Below are positions 46,001 to 58,888 of a DNA stretch of 64,000 bases, in pieces (within the stretch, counting starts at the first letter, position 1; each line of letters starts with the position of its first letter). The stretch spans positions 1,302,001 through 1,366,000 of the forward strand of contig MCFH01000003.1 in the NCBI GenBank assembly GCA_002104945.1. Reading direction: 5' to 3'. The notes under the pieces are model-generated. The model was not told the DNA's origin, ran no database searches, and was given only the letters and a program-made list of their open reading frames with translations. The DNA comes from Piromyces finnis finn (lineage: Eukaryota > Fungi > Neocallimastigomycota). Both the position numbers and the translations under genes were made by a program.

Positions 46001-49000
46001 TCATATTGTTTTTGCAATTCTTGGTATTTGGAGTTTAATTCTTCGGATTCATTTTTCATCTTCTTGCTACCAACTTCTAAGGCAATAATCTTTTCATTAA
46101 TATTTTTAAATTCTTCTTCTTTATTATTAATAACAAGCTTTAATTCATCAATCTTCTTAATGTTTTCTTCTTTTATATTTTCTAAAGATTGTATACTTTC
46201 TTTTAATTTCTTATTTTCCGTTTCAACATCATCGCATTTCTGTTGCATTTCTGTTTTTAATGTCTCTAATGTAGTTTCGTGATTCTTGACATTATCTGAT
46301 TGTTCTTGTTGGAGTTGCTTCATTTTCTCTAATAAAGCATCATAATTCTTTTGCTTTTCATTTATTTCAGAGTTGATTTTTTCGTTCATATTTTGATTTT
46401 CTTCTTCTAATTGTTTAATTTTTTCCATAGAAGCACTATAATTCTTTTCCTTTTCATCTAATTCAGATTTTAATTTTTCGATAGAATCAGTATAGCTATT
46501 TTGCTTTTCATTCATTTCTAATTCTAACTTTTCTACTGCAGCATTATGATCTTTTTCCATCTTGGATTTAAATTGCTCCATGGAAGTATCATGTTCTTTT
46601 TGTTTCATTTCCATCTCAGATTTTAATTTTTCTAATTCAGATTTATAGCTTTGTTGCTTTTCATCAATTTCAGATTTTAACTTGTCTATATTATTATTAC
46701 AGGCACTAATTTCGTTTTCTTTTTCGATTTTTAATTTTTCAATTGCTTCTTTAAGTAGAGTATTTTGTTCTTGAACACTTTCCTTTTCATTATTAGAAAA
46801 AGATAAATCATTCTTTAAGGCAAGAATTTCTTCATTCTTTGTGGATATATTACAATTAAGATTGTTAATTTGTTCTTTAAGTTGAGAAACCTGAGTTTGA
46901 TGTTCATTTTTTAAATTTTCAAGAATGGAAGCATCATACTTTGATTCGCTATTTTCTTGTTCGGCATTAAGACATTGTTTAAGATGTTGAATTTCTAAAT
47001 CATATTGCTTCTTTGTATCTTCAATTTCTTTTTCTTTTTCTCCCATTTTATTTTGAAGATTATCAATGGTTGAGTTCTTATTATCCATTTCATTCTGAAG
47101 ATTAGTGATTTGACTTTCTAAAGATTTTATTTGTTCTTTTTGATTAGATGCTTCATTATTTATGGATTGATTCTCATCTTCCAATAATTTTATTTTTTCT
47201 TCCATGCTTGTTGAATTATTATTCAAGGTTTGTTTTTCTTCTTCCAATGCTTTTATTTTTTCTTCCATGTTTGTTGAATTATTATTCAAGGTTTGTTTTT
47301 CTTCTTCCAATGCTTTTATTTTTTCTTCCATACTTGTTGAATTATTATTCAAGACTTGCTTTTCTTCTTCCAATGTCTTTATCTTTTCTTCCAAGATTAA
47401 TGATTTATTATTTATTTCCTTATTTTCATCTTCTATTTTTTTTATCTTTTCTTCTAAATTGGAAGATTTAATGCTTAAAGCCTGTTTTTCATTTTCTAAT
47501 ACAGAGACCTTTTCTTTTAAACTTGATGACTCATCATTCATATTTAATTTTTCATTTTCTAATGATTTTATGTTTTCCTCTAAATCAGATACTTTAGCAT
47601 TTATTGTTTTCTTTTCATTCTCTAATATTTCTATTTTCTTTTCTTGGTTTGATGTTTTTTCGTTAATATTCTTGTTTTCTTCTTCTAACTTCTTTACTTT
47701 TTCTAGCAAGCCTGATGATGTATCATTCATACTTTGTTTTTCTTGCTCTAATGCTTTTAATTTTTCTTCTAGGCTAGATGATTTATCATTCATTTTTTGT
47801 TTTTCATCTTCTAAGGATTTTATTATTTCTTCTAAATTAATTGATTTTGTATTAATATTATCTTTTTCAGTATTTATCAAATTATACTGATTTTCTAATT
47901 CTTTATATTTTTGATTAAGTAAATTATTTTCTTCATTGAGTTTCTTTAAGTCATCTTTTAATTTTTCATCTTCGACAGTTTGTTCGTTTTGTTTAATTAG
48001 ATTTTCATATTTTTTAAGTTCTTCAGTTTTATTTTTATTTTCTTCATCTAATTGGCTAATTTTTTCTAATAATTCATTCTTTTCATTTGCTTTACTTTCC
48101 TCCAGTGACTTATATTTATTATTAAATTCATTTATTTCTTTTTCTTTATTACTTTCTAATTCATTAATAGTTTCATTAAGATTATTGATTTTGTCTTTAA
48201 ATTCTTTTATCGAATTTTCATTTTTAGACTTCTCATTTTCCAATTCTGTAGCCATATTTTTGTATTCATTTTCTAAATTGTTATTCTTTTTTTCTATTTC
48301 ATTATTTAATTCTTTAAGTCTATTATTAATTAATTGAAGATTTTTTATAGTTTGAGTATTTTCTTCGTCTTTTTTAATAATTTCATTATATGACTTTTGA
48401 ATATTATTTTTTTCATTGTTAGTTTTTTCTAATTCAGAATTAATATTATTTTTTAATATTTCTTTTTCTTCAGCTATTAATTTAAGTTTATTTGTAAGAT
48501 TATTTATATCTTTATTTAATTCTTCTATTTTATTTTTTAAAATTTTATTTTCATTAGATAAATCATTAACTTGTTTATTTTTATTATCATTTGATTCATC
48601 ATCTGAAAAAGAAATTAATGGTTCTTCCTTTGGACTAGCAGATGCATTTGTTATTTTATTTATTTTTTCATTTAAATCATTATTTTCTTGTTTATATTGC
48701 TTATTTTCTTGTTGTAGAGTTGAAATTTCATTTTGTAACTCAATTAATTTTTTTTGTAATAATGATATATTTTCTTGACTATTTACATTTAAAGTACCTT
48801 GTGAAGTTGTAATATCTGAATAAGCTTCTGTCATATCATCCTGACCTAAACTAATATCGTTTTTTTCTTTTAAATCTTTAATTTCTCTATGAAGATTTAT
48901 AATTTTTTCCTTTGCCTTTGCTTTTAATAATCCATAATTTTTATCTTTAATTAAAATCTGCTTTTTTAACACTGCATTCTCCTCAACTGCTTTCAATTGG

Positions 49001-49169
49001 TCATTTTTGTATTTTTCGGTCATTTCTTGATATGTATTATTTAACTTCTGCAATTCCATACATTTTTCTTTTAATTCTTCGACATCCAAATTTTGCAATG
49101 ATTTTGAAAAATTTTGATTCTTTAATTAAAAATTATATATTTAAAAAAAATATTATAAACAAATAACAA

Positions 49170-49203
<34 letters not shown>

Positions 49204-49584
49204 TATTTAATAAATGAAAATAAAATAAAGGTTGTTATAAATTTTAAAATTTTCATTGTTTTAGTTATACTTTGACATTTTTTGTTATCCCGTCAACAAA
49301 ATTTTCAAAATGTTGTGATATATTAAGCACATTTTGAGAATATGCTTTTGAAGTTGGTTTTGGTGAATCAGAATTTGATGCTTCATTCTCATTATTACTA
49401 CTATTATCCGCTTGAGATTGAGCTGAATTATCAGTTAAAGAGCTGTTCAATTTCCTATTTTCAGCCTCGGTGACCTTTATATATTATAAATAACAATTTA
49501 ATAAATAAAAAATTATATACATAAATATATTAACTTTTAAAAATAATATTGTATTAATACCAGCTTCATAAAAGAATTGAACAT
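42811..49584 (-). CDS. GRIP-domain golgin (long coiled coil; Imh1/GCC-like)
   Basis: 1247-aa coiled-coil exon plus several smaller exons. C-terminal GRIP signature VNMEYLKNVVLSFLES..KLVPVITNLLQLDNKE..RNRFW* (stop at 42811). Putative start MFNSFMKL at 49584. Internal exons were only approximately traced. Confidence 0.88.
47141..47833 (-). repeat. ~11 tandem 63-bp (21-aa) coding repeats within the golgin
   Basis: Units such as EEKIKALEEEKQTLNNNSTSM; three are near-identical at DNA level (~47204-47392), the flanking ones degenerate. Confidence 0.85.
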
Positions 49585-50386
49585 TTTTGATTTTTATTTT
49601 ATGTTTCTATATATATATATATAAGAAAATTATAAAAAAAAACTTTTTATAGTTTGAAAATAATATTATATAATAATATAATAGTATTAAGAGTATATTA
49701 GAATTGAATTGTTATTTAACAATTTGAAATTAAATTATTATCAATACATTTATAATTATATAAAAATTGTCAATATTATTTTAAAATTAAAATTTACTGT
49801 ATATTAATTTATAATATGAAATTGTATTTTAAGTAGAATTTAAATAGTTACTTTTATTATATTATCATTTAATAAGTTTATTATAATTGTGTTTTTTAAA
49901 ATTTATTAACAACAACAACAAAAAAAAAACAAAATTTTTAAATATTTTTAAATATCTGTTATACAGTATTTATTTATGTTTATATTTATATATTCATTTA
50001 TATATATATTTATTTATTTTATATATATTTATATATTATATATAATTTTTAAGTACAATTAATTAAAAAATTTCCATTTTCAAGTTCTAAAGCTAACCCT
50101 AATAAGTTACATATTCTTTAATGTATTTGTAAACAAATAACTATATATTATACATAAATTTTTTTTATTAGATTGAATATTATTCTTTAAGTCTATTGGC
50201 TTAGAAATTTGTAATATATGGATAGACCATATTAAATTAATGTATTTTAAATTTTAAAACTAATATATTATAAATATAGTTATAATATAAAGAATATATT
50301 ATAATTAAATATTTTAATTAATGTAGAAAAAAATTTTTTTTTTGACATTATATAATCAATATGGAAATATGGATTATAATACTAAA

Positions 50387-50418
50387 TGAATGAATGAATT
50401 AATAAATAAATAAATGAA

Positions 50419-50457
<39 letters not shown>

Positions 50458-50614
50458 ATGAATGAATGAATAAATAAATAAATAAATAAATGAATAAATA
50501 AATAAATAAATAAATGAATAAATAAATGAATAAATAAATGAATAAATGAATAAATAAATGAATAAATAAATAAATAAATAAATAAATAAATGAATAAATA
50601 AATAAATAAATGAA

Positions 50615-50645
<31 letters not shown>

Positions 50646-50646
50646 A
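50387..50646. repeat. Compound (TAAA/TGAA)n microsatellite
   Basis: Directly visible. Confidence 0.93.
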
Positions 50647-51350
50647 TATTTTAATAAAGCATTACAATAAATATAATAAAAGAGTTCAATATTTTTTTTT
50701 TTTTTTACTTTCTACAAAAAAAAATATTTAACCATATTTTTATAGTTTTAGATCTATAATATATATATAAAAAATATAATATTTATTTTATATTTTTTTT
50801 TATTTATTAATAATTTTTATTATACAAGTATATTATTGAGGAAATAATATATTTATTATTAAAGGTAATTTTATCGAAAAATATATATATATAAACAATA
50901 AAATAAAAGTTCAAAATAATTTCTAAAGATCAAATCTTGTAAAGAATGTATTTGATAATGTCAAAGGGAGGCATATTAAAAGCAAATTGTATGAAGCTTA
51001 TTACAATATTAAAGATAATAAAAAGAAATAGGAGAAAAAGAAGTATTATGGCTTTAAAAACATAATTCATTTTGTTTTATTAAATGGAATGTTATACAAT
51101 ACTTTTATAGTAATTGTTTTTATTCTGAAGTTTTTAAGCTAAGATAATATCTATATTATCATATATGGAGTGAAATTTTACAATAATGTAAATCGTTATT
51201 TGTGAAAAAAGAATTCATTATAGATATGAATATATGAAAATACCAAATAAATAAATAAACAATACATCAATAACTTCATCATAAACAACAACAAAAAAGA
51301 AAAAAAAAACAAAAACAAATAAAATAAATAAATAAATAAATAAAATAAAA

Positions 51351-51381
<31 letters not shown>

Positions 51382-51525
51382 ATATATATAAATAAAGATT
51401 ATATTTTTTTTAAATATATATATGAAAGATGTTAACAAATACTTTATTTTTTATTATTTATAATCATTAAAATTTAAAGATTTTCAGTTAAAGATAAAAC
51501 TATACAAATATAAAGAATAACACAT

Positions 51526-54500
51526 ATGGTAAATAGTAGATAATTTTTTAGTATATAAATAATTAAAGTAATATTTATAGTAATGAAAATGATAATTAAA
51601 TTTAATAGGAGGAAAGATATGCTGGAATTATCTTTTACAAATTTGGAAAAGGTCCAGAATTTTTATTGATTAACGATTCTTACGCTAAAAAGAAATTTTG
51701 GGCTCCACCAAAGGGAAAGATTATTGGTCAAGAAGATGAATTACAGTAATTATTAAAAATATTATAAAAATTATAATTCATTTAAGAAAGACGTATTGAT
51801 TTTAAATTTAAAAAAATAGATGTGCCATACGTGAAGCTAATAAGATTACTGGATTAGTTACAAGAGATTTTCAAGTTGAAGAAGATTTCAAAGCTGAATT
51901 TAAATACTTAGCTGAAACTAGGTATTTTTTTTAATATATATGAATAATTTAGTCATCAGAAAATCAACATCTTAACTATAATATAAAAATATAAATGAAA
52001 TTATAAATATTATAGACCAAAAAATGTTGTTTTCTTTTTAGCTCAATTAACAGATCCAACACACAAAATTTATCCAACTGCAGAAGGAATTCATTTCAAT
52101 TGGCTTCCATTCCAACAAGCCGCTGATAAAGCAGTTTTCAAAAATATGCAAGAAGTTTTAAGACAAGCTCAAGAATATGTTGAAGAAAAGAAATCAAAGT
52201 ATAATCTTAATAGTAATGGAAATGTTAATGGTAACGGAAATGGAAATAACTATAATAATTATCAATCAAATTATTCACCAAATTATCAAAAGAATTTTGA
52301 TATGAATAATGACAGACGTTTTAAGAGACCATCCCATGATGAAATGGGAAATATGAGAATGGGAAATCAAGGAAAGAATCCATTCATGAAATCACCAAGT
52401 CCATTTAATCAAGGAAGACCAGATAAAAACTATAGACAAATGAATGGTGTTAATTTAACTCGTTCATTTAGTTCAAATAGTAATGGATATTCAAACAATA
52501 ATTATTCAAATAATTATAATCAAAATAATAGTGGACCATTTGGACCTCACAATCCAGGAAATTACGGAATGCAACAACAACAACAACAAGAAAATCATTT
52601 ATATAAAACTAGACTTTGTGAAAGATTTGAAGCTGAAGGAACTTGCCCATACGGAAATAAGGTAGATTATTATTGATAAGTAATATAATAAATATAAATT
52701 ATTTATATTAAATATTAAAATTTTATATAAATTCTTATATTATTTGGGAACTTAAAAATTGTTATAGTGTCATTTCGCTCATGGTACTGTTGAACTTAGA
52801 AGAATGCCTCAACAACAATCATATGATGATCAATATATGAATCAACACCAACAAATGCCACAAAGTTCAAATCCACTTTACAAAACTCGTTTATGTGAAC
52901 GTTTCATGAATGAACACTATTGTCAATATGGTCCAAAGTAATTATATTACATATATTTTAGTTAAATAAAATAATTATATATATTAATTATAACTTTTAT
53001 TTTTTTTATAAATTAGATGTATTTTTGCTCATGGTAATTTTCTGTTTAATTTAAATGCCATTAATAAATTTTAGTTTTAGTGATAATATAGTTTTCTTAA
53101 TTATCATTTCATTCAACAATTATCATAATTGTTATTATTAGTTGTAATATTGATTTATAAATATAAAATCATATTTATTATATTAAACGAAAATAATTGT
53201 AGGTCCTGAAGAACTTAGAGGAAGACAAAATGATATGGGAGGTAGAGAAATGGGTAGAGATATGAGAAGTGATATGGGAAGATATGATATGGATAGACCA
53301 AATGATATGGATGACGATTTAAATAATAGAATGTATGATATGAGTCTTAGAAGTCCAGGTCAAAGATCAAATTCACCATCAGCATTTAATCAATATCGTC
53401 CACCACAACCAGGTTATTACCCACATTCTGCATTACATAAAGCTTCTACTAGTGTATCACCACATCGTCAACAATTTAGCTCACAACAATCAAATGGTTC
53501 TCAAAGTAAATAAATAGCCATAATAGCCATAAAATATTTATACAATATATTTATTTATAAAAATTAAAATACTAATAATTTTAAAAATCATTTTATTTTT
53601 TTATTAAAAACTTATTTTTATACTCACTATAAAAGTGAGTCCAACAAGGTAATATATTCTTATAATTTATATGTTAGCTTATAAAATGAAAAAAATATAA
53701 ATATTGTAGTATTTAAAATGTCAATTTATTTATTAATAAAAACTTTATTTAATATGTAAATTAAGTCCAATGAGAGAACAATTAGATGTTATGAGAGAAC
53801 AAGAAAAGAAACAAGAAACTGTTGAAAAACCAGAAACTGTAATTGAAAAGAAAAAAGAATTAGAAAAACCAGTTGTTAAGGATTTCCTTAAGAGTGATGT
53901 AAATATTATTTTATAAATTATATTTTGAAATGACATTAATTGTATAATAACTTAAATTTTATTATTAATATTAAAGATTGAAGAAGACAAATCATGGATG
54001 AAGGTTGTTGAATTAACTAGTGATGAAAAAGAAAAATTAGAAAGCCTGTAAGCAATTCAAAACTTATTTGAAAATAGAAATTTTAAATTAAAAAATTTTA
54101 AATATTAATACATACAAATTATTTCAATATATATATGTTAGTAAAGTTTTAGAAAAGCGTGCATCCCCAGCAGCTCCAAAACAATATTTAGATGATCCAG
54201 TAATTATTTCATTAAGTGAATACTTTAGTGAAGGTGAACATGATATAAAGGATGAAGTTAAGGAAATTACTCGTTTAGAATTTAAGCATGATTTAAGTAA
54301 ACAACAATTATTCAATGTTTTAGTTCCAAGTTTATTTGATGAATCATACAATGTTGAAAAACTTACTGCCAGAAAAGACTTATTCTTAGCTGTATGTTTA
54401 TATTGTTTAATACTAAATAATAATTTTATAATTTTGTTTTATATAATATTAATTTATTTTTATTTATCATAAATATTCATATTATTATTTTTATATTGAA

Positions 54501-54884
54501 TTTAAATAAAATAAATATTCCAGTTTATTAAGAGTGCTAATGACCAAATTTATTTCTTGAAATCATGGGAAAAATACTTATCATCATCAAGAATGTCTGC
54601 TATCTTACCAAGAACTCCTGTTATATTTAAAGATTTTTATGATATTGATTTAGTAGAAGAAGATAATATATTAGTTTGGTATGATGAAAGTTCAGATTCA
54701 TCAATTGTAAAGCAAAAATGTGAACCATTTATTACTTGGTAAATTTATATTTAATTTATTACATTTTATTATTATATAAGCAAATTATATCATTTTTTGA
54801 TATCTAATTTAATATAATTATAATTAATTTTTTATCATTTGAAATAGGTTAAAAACAGCTGAAGAAGATTCTGAATCCGATTAA
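51526..54884 (+). CDS. Putative fusion protein: NUDT2-like Nudix, N/Q-rich region, 2x CCCH zinc finger, eIF5-type W2 domain (~698 aa, 13 exons)
   Basis: Exons 51526-51528, 51609-51745, 51820-51921, 52016-52661, 52768-52937, 53017-53033, 53203-53505, 53636-53648, 53766-53898, 53977-54047, 54142-54391, 54524-54738 and 54848-54884 are all GT-AG and phase-consistent (2097 nt). Nudix RYAGIIFY..FLLI..WAPPKG; ZF YKTRLCERF..CPYGNKCHFAHG and YKTRLCERF..CQYGPKCIFAHG; W2 FYDIDLVEEDNILVWY..KCEPFITWLKTAEEDSESD*. The domains are confident; the join through 53636-53648 is less so. Confidence 0.8.
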
Positions 54885-55126
54885 ATTCTTTAAATATTTA
54901 TTTATTTTATTCATTCAGTATTCATAATACTTTTTTTTTTTTTTAATAAAAATTTAAAAATTTTTTTACATTCATTTTTATCATCTAAATTCCCCAAATA
55001 CTTATTATTATAAAATAAATTAATTATTATTTAACGTATTTTCAAATTGATACCTTTTAATGATATTGAAAAGTATTTTATTAATAATACATAAATAATA
55101 ATCAATATAATAATAAAAAGAAATAG

Positions 55127-55171
<45 letters not shown>

Positions 55172-55936
55172 AAAAGAAAAAATATAAGAATACTAAAGTT
55201 AAAACGAAAAATTCTTATAAATATTTTTTTTTTTTTTAACAATTGAAAATAATGTAAATGAAATTTAGCCTATAATAATATGTATTATATATTATTAAAA
55301 ATAAATATCATATCATAATAAAAATAATAACAAATACATACACCTATAAATAACAATAAAAAATATATATATATATTTTATTCTTGTTATATTTTATTTA
55401 TAAATCTATTATAAAATACTTTTAGGTAGAGTAATAATAATAATAATAATAATAATATAAATATAGTAATGAATTATCATTACTTTGTATCATCATCATT
55501 TTGTCATCATTATTTTGTTATAATAAACATGTTAGAATGATATATAGTACAAATAAAATGATTAAAAAAAAAAAAATAAAAAACCAAATAATTATAATTA
55601 ATATTTTTTAGATAAAAATATGCAAAAAATATTATGTTATTATATATTGTAGATAATAAACTTTAGTTACATTAAAAAATAAAACTATTATATTTAAATA
55701 ATAGGTTAATTGATACTATTTAATTAAGTTTCTTTTTATTTTATTATATTATGAATAATTTAAATTCTTTCCTTTATTCATGGAATACATTATACTTTAT
55801 TAAAAATTAATATAAAATTCATTAATTTTTACATTAGGTTTTTTAATATAAAATTAAGTTTTATTCCTTTTTTACATATATTTTTTTTTTTTTTTTTTTA
55901 ATTTTTCAATTTGAATTACAAGATTAAAATATAAAA

Positions 55937-58338
55937 ATGAGTAGCTCATTTTATACAATACTTAAATCAATAAATTCATATTTTGATATTATATCAGAAA
56001 TTTTTAGAAAACATTTTATTGAAATTATAAAATCTAAATATTTATTTGTATTATTTTTATCTGTAAGAAATATAATAAAGAATATAATATATTTTTAACA
56101 TTAATATGTTAACAAAATATATTTTAATGGAATTTAATTCAATATATATATTTTTTTAAAAAAAAAAAAATAGACGCTTGCTTTTCATCATGCTTTAAAT
56201 ATAGAACCTTCATATAAACGAAAAAACATACCATTTTATATAAGAGGCTTCTTTAGTATCACACTTTTATATTTTTTCAATCCAATATTTAAAACTCTTT
56301 TTACTATTTCTGTAACAAGCAACAAAGAATTTCTAGCAAAAGTTTTTAATTATTACACAAATTTTTCCTTTGATTCATTGTATGAAAAATTACCCAAACC
56401 TGTTTATGAAATAGAGAATTGCCTATTTTATTTTTATATACTTTTATGTATATTACTTATATTTATTGTATTATTAAATTGTTTAGAACACAGTCTAGTT
56501 GTAAATCATGCTGATGTAATACACATTAAATTTTATTTATACTTAATTTATATAAATAATAATAATAATAATAAAACAAAAATTAAGTTAAAAGAATCTT
56601 TAATAATTTCTAAATTTTTATAATAATCGTTAATTTTATAAAAATAGATTTTTAATCTTCTTATTGCAGGAATTAGTCTTCAATTTTTTAATGTAATACA
56701 TTCAAAATCCCTTCTCATAATTTCGTTTGTTTATTCAATCGAGGTTTTTTTCTATATAATATTATTAGCATTTCCAAAATCTGGTTTACAATTTCAAATT
56801 ATTCCATCAACTTTGACATTTATCATATTGTCAATATACTTTTTCTTATGTATAAAATTTGAAGTACCTTCACATTTTGTCATTTTACTTGTATGTATAT
56901 TAAATAAATTATTAAAATAAAATTATTCATTGGTTTCTAAATGTTAGTATAATATTATAATATTATATTAAAATTACTATTTAGTATATAAGAAAATATT
57001 TAGAGTTTACTGTTATAGGATTAGTTTGTATGTTGTTAATCATTAATATGATAATGAATTTCATTGAAAAAAAGCCATTAATAAATCCAAAGTTATTTAA
57101 TTCTCTATCAAAAGAAGATGATTTTTACACTATATTAATAAAATTTGCAGAAGATGTTATTAATTTATATAATAATGATAAAGAACAAAAAAATACAAAA
57201 ATATTGGATAAAGATAATATGAAGTATATGAATTTGAATGGTATGTATAAATCTATTATTTTAATGTAAATATAAAATACTAATAATATTATTTATATGC
57301 TTAATATCTATCTATATATATGCATATTCATTATAAAACAATAAAATAAGCAAATAAAAGTAAAAATAAAGAAAATATAAATGGTTATGATAATGAATAC
57401 AAAAATGATATTAATGAAAGCAATCCATCCACTGTAGTTTCAATATCAATTATAAGTTATCCTATTGAACCAACTTTATTTGTTATTATTTCTAATGCCT
57501 TAAAAAACATATTGAAATTAATGATAGGATTACCTTATAATAATGATGATGAAAATGAAAAACTTATTTCAGAACTTGATAATGTTCTTTATCAACAGGT
57601 TAGATCAAGCATACCATTTAGTTCTGATACGGAAGACTCAGATTATGAAGATATGGATGATATGAAGACCGAAATAAATGATGGTATATTTAATAATAAA
57701 TTTTTATTTGACTATATTATTATATTATTAATTCTTTCAAAACCTAATATTTTATCTTTTTAAATTTAATATTTAAAGATATGATGAACGAAACAGAATT
57801 AAATGACAGCGATGATAGTATAAGTTATGAATACATTAATGGAAATGAAAGTGAAGATGAAAGTGAAAGTGACGAATCTAATGATATTTTTAAAGAATTA
57901 TTTGATATTAATTATAAACATTTCAATTTAGATTCTTTAAAAAATAATATAATATTAACTCGTAATCAAAGTGATATCTTAAAATATAAAAATGATATTC
58001 ATATGCCAATTTTCAGAAATATAAAATCAGATAATATAGAAAATAGTTCAAATAAAAATAGTAATTCAGTCATTTCAAATCTCTTTAAAAAGAATGGATT
58101 CAACAATAATAGGTATCAATTAATGGATGAAGATGATCATGAAAAAATCAAAAATCAATTTTTGGCTACTGAATTATGCGTTGCATGCCATAAAAGACCT
58201 AGATCTATCGTTTTATGGCCATGTGGATGCTTCTGCTTATGTGATACTTGTAGAAAAGTTTTAGCATTGCAAAAATATGATAAATGCCCATGTACAAACA
58301 ATAAAGTTAAAGGTTATTCAAAGGTTTTTGTACCATAA
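55937..58338 (+). CDS. Multi-pass membrane RING E3 ligase, Asi1/Asi3-like
   Basis: Phase-0 exons 55937-56062, from 56174, from ~56648 and from 56985 encode several hydrophobic helices. The C-terminal RING CVACHKRPRSIVLWPCGCFCLCDTCRKVLAL..KCPCTNNKVKGYSKVFVP* resembles the Asi1/Asi3 RING. Middle exons are approximate. Confidence 0.75.
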
Positions 58339-58677
58339 GATGATTTTCTTTTTTTTGTTTATATTAAAAAAACATTTCTACTAACTACAATTTATTATAA
58401 AATATTATTATTATTATAATAATAATAATAGTAGTAGTAATAATAAATATATATAATTAAAAATCGAAAAAAGTTTTCTATCATTATTAATATATAATCA
58501 CTATTAATACCAACATTTTTTAAAATTTCTATAGAAATTATTAAATATCAATAATAACAATAAAATAAAAAGTGTTTTATTACGATCATTTTTAAAAATG
58601 AAAAATTTACTTGCATTTTTATTTTTTATATTTTTATATTTTATTTATTATTATATATAAATTAATTGCTTATTGTT

Positions 58678-58708
<31 letters not shown>

Positions 58709-58817
58709 CATTATACTTTAATGTATATGTATTTAATTATTTTTTAAATATTATTTGCATTTGAGTGTACTATTAATTTGAATTTCGAATAAATTGAATT
58801 AAATATATATATGCTTT

Positions 58818-58867
<50 letters not shown>

Positions 58868-58888
58868 ATTGAAGTTTATTGTATAATA

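Noticed and set aside
53770-54884. Stand-alone W2/eIF5 C-terminal gene starting at MREQLDV
   Set aside because: Not excluded, but disfavoured: an in-phase splice path links it to the upstream gene and there is little room for a terminator plus promoter.
56160-56900. Apparent minus-strand pseudogene with in-frame stops
   Set aside because: Better explained as the antisense of open plus-strand TM exons of the Asi-like gene.
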